DNA of 10,759 nucleotides from Chlamydiales bacterium (GTDB lineage Bacteria; Chlamydiota; Chlamydiia; Chlamydiales; JBDQID01): NCBI GenBank assembly GCA_047611865.1, contig JBLFWS010000113.1, positions 1 to 10,759 of the forward strand, read 5' to 3'. Shown piece by piece: positions 6,962 to 10,759 of this stretch (position 1 is its first letter; each line of letters starts with the position of its first letter). The notes under the pieces were generated by a model. It saw only the letters and a program-made list of their open reading frames with translations, ran no database searches and was not told where the DNA came from. The position numbers and the translations under genes were made by a program.

Positions 6962-8785
6962 TTACTTAAGAATGTTTGTCTTTTTCAAAAAATAGATGAT
7001 AGCATCGTCGGTGAAGCTATATTTGTCGTCTAATACAAAATTGGTCATAAATTCAGATGATCTTGCTTTTTTGAGTTCCAAGTTGAGGTCCCCTTCTTTA
7101 GATGAAGGGTTGAGGTAAAGATCGTCCTCCTTTACTAGAATTTCGCAGAGCTTTCGCCAAGCCTTTGGGTCTGTTTTGTTTTCCTCTAGAAAGCTGGAAG
7201 CTTTATTCTTTACTGAGTCGAAGCGATCCTTTTGAAAATCGTCATCAACAAAATCTTGAAACCAATCCATAAAAGTTTCTCTCTCAAAAAGGTTAAGCGA
7301 GGAAAGCTCATCTTTAAATTTTTGGATAACCTGGTGAGGGCCAAAGCGACTTAAAAAGAGATTCGTCCAAGCCGTATCACCATCTTCGTTAAATCTCTGG
7401 GCGAAAGGATCTTCAAAATCTATTTCAGTTGGGACCGGGAGTTTTAGTGTTCTAGCTAGTAGCTTACTATAGTCATTGTAGGCGTGGATAGGTTCAGGGT
7501 TATCACTTATTTGCTGGTGTCGCGAGGCATCCATTCTACTAGCAAGTCTTTCTACAATGCCTATTTTCATATTCAGCAGGCTAGTTTGTACTTTTTCCGG
7601 AAGACTCTCAATCTTTATGGAGCCAGTCATTGAGTGGTAGGTATTGTGAGCCTGCCCAGTATAACGAGTTCCACAGTTTCCACCAGCTTCTGCCAAATCA
7701 AGAATAGCCGAAATTTTTCGGTCTTCATCCATACCTCTTGATTGGGAAATAATATGAAGAACAGTTTTTTTTAAGTTTTTATAAAATTGGCTCAGTTGTG
7801 CAGGTTTGTCCATTGAGGGTGTACCCACAAAGGGTTCCTCTGTCTTAATTCTACGAACAAATGTAACAAGTGAGTTTCTGAGGTCTTCGGGGGTCGTAAG
7901 GTAACCATCGTCTGTAAGTTCTTTTGGATTCCTGTAATGAGGAGCCTTTGGATCACTAAAATTTATCTTGTCAAAAAGTTCTGTAAGTTCGTCAAGCTCA
8001 ATAAAAGGAGGTGCTGGGGGGATGGCGATTTCTACTTCTATCGTGGCCTTCATCTGATCAAAGTCGATAGAATATTCGGCGTCACGGCAAAACTCTGAAA
8101 GTTTTGCAGGGAAATTAGTTTTTAGGTCGTCGAGGTAGGACTGAAAATCGGCCTCAGAAGAACTTGCCTTCAAACTCCTGTATAGACTTGGATCTGCACC
8201 AAGAATAGGAATAAGAAGAGGGTTGAAGCTTTTGTTTTTCACCATTGTTTCATTGAGGAGATCTTTGGGGGTATCAGAGAGATATTGCAATAGATTGTTG
8301 TCATAGACTCCGATAAGAACTTGCATTTTGTCGAACCCGGCGAAAAAATGAAATGCACCACTTTCGTCAGAATCGTCAAAAGAGTATTCAAAGGGAGTAA
8401 GTTGAAAATGAGTTTCGTTTAAAGGGTCAGCTCCGGCCTGAAGTAAAAGTAATGTCATATCTCGGTTTCCGTTGTCCATCAGGAAATGCAGAGGAGTCTT
8501 CCCTAGTGAATCACTAAAATTAACATCGGCATCTTTTGCGATAAGCTTTCGGATAACGCTGTTAGAATCAATAGCGCAGGCAATGTGGAGAGGTGTTTGT
8601 CCTATTGACCCAGCGACATTCACTTCGGCTCCTGCGTGGATTAAGCTGAGGGCTATTTCCTCATCACCAAAGCCGCAGGCGTGATGCAGGGGAGTTCTTC
8701 CTATTGCATCAGGGATATCTAAGGGGGCGTTTAGCTCTAATAACTTTTTTGCGCTGGCCGCCGATTCAATTCTGAAGTGCGACAC
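6962..8785 (-). CDS. Ankyrin-repeat protein (probably 5'-truncated) with putative NEL-like E3 ligase C-terminal domain
   Basis: Three clear ankyrin repeats (GRTPLHHAC, GQTPLHIAC, GKTPLHFLM) preceded by a half repeat (AKKLLELNA). The first 9 codons come from the 26-bp repeat. AGGNCGTRY motif at Cys371. Confidence 0.8.
   Translation of the reverse strand: MSHFRIESAASAKKLLELNAPLDIPDAIGRTPLHHACGFGDEEIALSLIHAGAEVNVAGSIGQTPLHIACAIDSNSVIRKLIAKDADVNFSDSLGKTPLHFLMDNGNRDMTLLLLQAGADPLNETHFQLTPFEYSFDDSDESGAFHFFAGFDKMQVLIGVYDNNLLQYLSDTPKDLLNETMVKNKSFNPLLIPILGADPSLYRSLKASSSEADFQSYLDDLKTNFPAKLSEFCRDAEYSIDFDQMKATIEVEIAIPPAPPFIELDELTELFDKINFSDPKAPHYRNPKELTDDGYLTTPEDLRNSLVTFVRRIKTEEPFVGTPSMDKPAQLSQFYKNLKKTVLHIISQSRGMDEDRKISAILDLAEAGGNCGTRYTGQAHNTYHSMTGSIKIESLPEKVQTSLLNMKIGIVERLASRMDASRHQQISDNPEPIHAYNDYSKLLARTLKLPVPTEIDFEDPFAQRFNEDGDTAWTNLFLSRFGPHQVIQKFKDELSSLNLFERETFMDWFQDFVDDDFQKDRFDSVKNKASSFLEENKTDPKAWRKLCEILVKEDDLYLNPSSKEGDLNLELKKARSSEFMTNFVLDDKYSFTDDAIIYFLKKTNILK
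8759..8784 (+). mobile_element. Solo IS30-family-type terminal repeat, copy 1
   Basis: CGCCGATTCAATTCTGAAGTGCGACA, 26 bp, identical to 10644-10669. Length and the GATTCAAT...GC.ACA pattern match IS30-family IRs as I recall them. Confidence 0.7.
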
Positions 8786-8961
8786 TTATATACATAACTT
8801 ACTGATTATAAGCGCAAAAGTGCTCTTAAGACATGTTTTCGTACCAATGGTTGCCGAACCCCCTTGAATACGTTTTTGGCCAATATTACACGAATCACGG
8901 CCCAACCTCATCTAAATTTACATATTTTTAATAAATTATTTAACAACTGCCAATAATCCGA

Positions 8962-8970
8962 TGTTATAAT
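8962..8970 (+). promoter_or_regulatory. Extended -10 promoter element for the kinase gene
   Basis: TGTTATAAT in an AT-rich stretch, 37 bp before ATG 9008. AAGGA RBS at 8997-9001. No good -35. Confidence 0.5.
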
Positions 8971-9007
8971 AGTTTTTAATTTAAACGAAATAACAAAAGG
9001 AAATACA

Positions 9008-10471
9008 ATGCCCTATTATTCACTTCAACCAATGGCAGCTCCTCATGACTTCCTACACATACAACAAGCTCAAGCCTCTGCAGCTCCCATAACTTACACC
9101 CAAGCATGCCCAGCTGTATCAAGGCTCACTTATCAGCCCACACATTATATGTCTCCTTCAGTAAGGGCAGCCCCACCAGCATTCACAGCTTCACCAATGG
9201 CCATGCAACCAAGAATTTCACCAACAAGAGTTTCTTACCCATATTTTGCCCAAACTAGACTGCCCACCCCACAGCCGGTAGTGAATCCTCATGTTGCTAA
9301 AATATCTGAAATTCAAAACTCCATTTGCGCTATCCAAAATTCCCCAGAAGGAATATCTGGTACAAATCTCCAAAGAATTAACGAATTGAGTGCTAAAATC
9401 GCCGACCACCAGTCTAAATGTTATTCAGCACGAGAATATGGCCAAGGTGATGTATATAGACAAATTCAGGAAAGCTTTCAATATGTTGTAAACTCTCTAG
9501 CGACACTTATTCAGCTACCACCCAGGGCCACAACTTATCAGGCAGCTCCAATATATGTACAAGCAGTAGATCCAGAACCCTCCTGTATGTATAGAACTTT
9601 CTCAGAAGCTTCTACTTCAGTAAGGTCGCCAACAGAAACCCCACCTCAATCACCTGCTGTTAACCCAACAAGAACTCAATATGCTTCGGCAAGCACAGCA
9701 AATACTCCAATGGATAAAGCTATTGCTGTACTTCAGAATCGTGGAATAGCCATTCAGAGGCAAGAGTGGCTAACAGGATTCAATGGAGGACAAAATGACG
9801 GAATCGCGAAAATTCATACTAACCAAGGTGTTTTCTTTCTAAAGATCCTCAAACAGGATTCCCGTACAGCGGAAACGATCACAAGGCTAAAAACTTTGAA
9901 AAGTCGTTTACCAGAGATTCTTAAGCACGGTAGCAATAGACAGGGACTTCCCCAAATTGTTCATCCCATCGCTGCCGACGACAATTGGGTACTTTTACCT
10001 GGAGCGAAAGGTCTCTGTGTAAACGAACTCATCAACGATCGTAATATTTCCGTTGAGGAGCAACAAGAAATCGTGCGCCAAGTAAGTCAGTCTCTCGAAA
10101 AACTTGATGACTTAGGATGGAGGCATGGTGATGCCAACACAATGAATATTTTCTATGATCGAAACTCCCGATCTGTTCACCTTATTGACAATGATTGTCT
10201 ATACGACCAGCGTCAAGGTAACGGATTTCGAATTCCAAAAAAAGATCCTGATGGATTTAGAGAAAGCCTCAAAATAGTGGGAAAGGGCCATCTAATCCAA
10301 CAAGCTCCTGCCCTTCCCACTTGTGTAGGTGAAATCTATGAAAGAGTTGTTCCAGCCCACAACCCTTATCTTATTAATAGATCAGCTTCAAACTATGCAG
10401 TATCGGAAAGGGCTTTAAAATCCCTTGCTCTTTATGGGCGTGCAGGTTCAAGTCCTGTTCCGATCAACTAA
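9008..10471 (+). CDS. Kinase-like (APH/RIO/Kdo-type fold) protein with low-complexity N-terminus; putative secreted effector
   Basis: First ~235 aa are rich in P/A/S/T/Q/Y. Then a Gly-rich loop GFNGGQNDG, VFFLK, catalytic loop HGDANTMNI and metal-binding LIDND. Confidence 0.8.
   Translation: MPYYSLQPMAAPHDFLHIQQAQASAAPITYTQACPAVSRLTYQPTHYMSPSVRAAPPAFTASPMAMQPRISPTRVSYPYFAQTRLPTPQPVVNPHVAKISEIQNSICAIQNSPEGISGTNLQRINELSAKIADHQSKCYSAREYGQGDVYRQIQESFQYVVNSLATLIQLPPRATTYQAAPIYVQAVDPEPSCMYRTFSEASTSVRSPTETPPQSPAVNPTRTQYASASTANTPMDKAIAVLQNRGIAIQRQEWLTGFNGGQNDGIAKIHTNQGVFFLKILKQDSRTAETITRLKTLKSRLPEILKHGSNRQGLPQIVHPIAADDNWVLLPGAKGLCVNELINDRNISVEEQQEIVRQVSQSLEKLDDLGWRHGDANTMNIFYDRNSRSVHLIDNDCLYDQRQGNGFRIPKKDPDGFRESLKIVGKGHLIQQAPALPTCVGEIYERVVPAHNPYLINRSASNYAVSERALKSLALYGRAGSSPVPIN
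10401..10466 (+). pseudogene. tRNA-Leu(TAA) fragment lacking a D-arm; att-site-like
   Basis: Anticodon arm AAGGG-C-TTTAAAA-T-CCCTT (TAA at 10416-10418). Long variable arm GCTC-TTTAT-GGGC. T arm GCAGG-TTCAAGT-CCTGT. Acceptor 3' strand TCCGATC plus discriminator A10466. No D-arm upstream. Confidence 0.85.
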
Positions 10472-10479
10472 GATACAAT

Positions 10480-10511
10480 GGCTTAAGTCTTTCCAGACTT
10501 AAGCCTTTTTT
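10480..10511 (+). terminator. Rho-independent terminator
   Basis: 11-bp perfect stem GGCTTAAGTCT / AGACTTAAGCC, loop TTCC, then T6. Confidence 0.85.
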
Positions 10512-10526
10512 CGTTAAGGAGGAGTT

Positions 10527-10546
10527 TGTCCAACTCCTGTCCAACT
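10527..10546 (+). repeat. Tandem 9-bp direct repeat TGTCCAACT (possible integrase arm-type sites)
   Basis: TGTCCAACT at 10527-10535 and 10538-10546, 11-bp period, ~110 bp from the anticodon loop. Confidence 0.45.
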
Positions 10547-10643
10547 TTTTCTGTGCTTGCATGATTTTTTTATGCCTTTGAGTTTTTTAATGATGATGGC
10601 GAGCAGAAGTAAAATTTTTAAAGATTAACTATTTTTTTACTTT

Positions 10644-10669
10644 CGCCGATTCAATTCTGAAGTGCGACA
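10644..10669 (+). mobile_element. Solo IS30-family-type terminal repeat, copy 2
   Basis: 26/26 identical to 8759-8784 in the same orientation. Extends to 29/30 with the following (C/T)TTA. Confidence 0.7.
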
Positions 10670-10670
10670 T

Positions 10671-10759
10671 TTAGGCAGCCTCACTAAGGCGGCTGTAATA
10701 GCAAGTAGAGGTTAAAAGAGGGCTACCGTTCATATCGCAGCTTTTGGGATCGGCTCCTC
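10671..10759 (-). CDS. 3' end of an ankyrin-repeat ORF entering from the right edge (probable N-terminal part of the split ankyrin gene)
   Basis: Frame from 10757 reads GADPKSCDMNGSPLLTSTCYYSRLSEAA*. This is the ankyrin GAD.....D..G pattern plus helix 1, stopping at a TAA inside the extended repeat. Confidence 0.55.
   Translation of the reverse strand, partial: GADPKSCDMNGSPLLTSTCYYSRLSEAA

Noticed and set aside
8776..8803. Possible dif/Xer site (AGTGCGACACT-TATATA-CATAACTTACT)
   Set aside because: No convincing XerD arm (TTATGTTAAAT) on either strand. The left half is better explained as the IS30-type end.
1528..9409. Short ORFs nested in or antisense to long genes (1528, 1748, 2213, 2277, 3526, 3990, 5028, 5060, 5482, 6704, 8472, 9218)
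   Set aside because: Shadow frames of well-supported CDSs with no motifs.
10401..10466. Intact functional tRNA-Leu gene
   Set aside because: No D-arm, a mismatch at the anticodon-loop closing pair, and a T-C mismatch at acceptor pair 1-72.
8759..10669. CRISPR repeats or integron attC sites
   Set aside because: Only two copies, 1885 bp apart, non-palindromic, without RYYYAAC/GTTRRRY boxes. No cas or intI gene in the window.

Overview
AT-rich bacterial DNA, most likely from an environmental Chlamydiota genome (inferred from gene content only). Left part is an ordinary operon: folB, a FolM/pteridine-reductase-like SDR, a 495-aa hypothetical protein and a membrane pseudokinase-TPR protein, divergent from a partial FliO-like gene. 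Right part is an accessory, effector-like region with no transposase or integrase. It holds a lipoprotein with a putative permuted papain-like His/Cys dyad, a gene broken by one in-frame TAA, an N-truncated ankyrin protein with a remote NEL-E3-ligase-like C-terminus, and a kinase-like gene with a low-complexity N-terminus. Main observation: the kinase gene lies in a ~1.9-kb cassette bounded by two identical, same-orientation 26-bp IS30-type ends. The cassette appears to split an ankyrin gene in frame. The kinase's last ~22 codons are a tRNA-Leu(TAA) fragment lacking a D-arm, followed by a terminator and tandem 9-bp repeats, which is att-site-like. Intergenic DNA holds IS5-type MITEs, a composite IS903-type MITE with a 9-bp TSD over two overlapping stop codons, and three CACAGAG-periodic hairpins.
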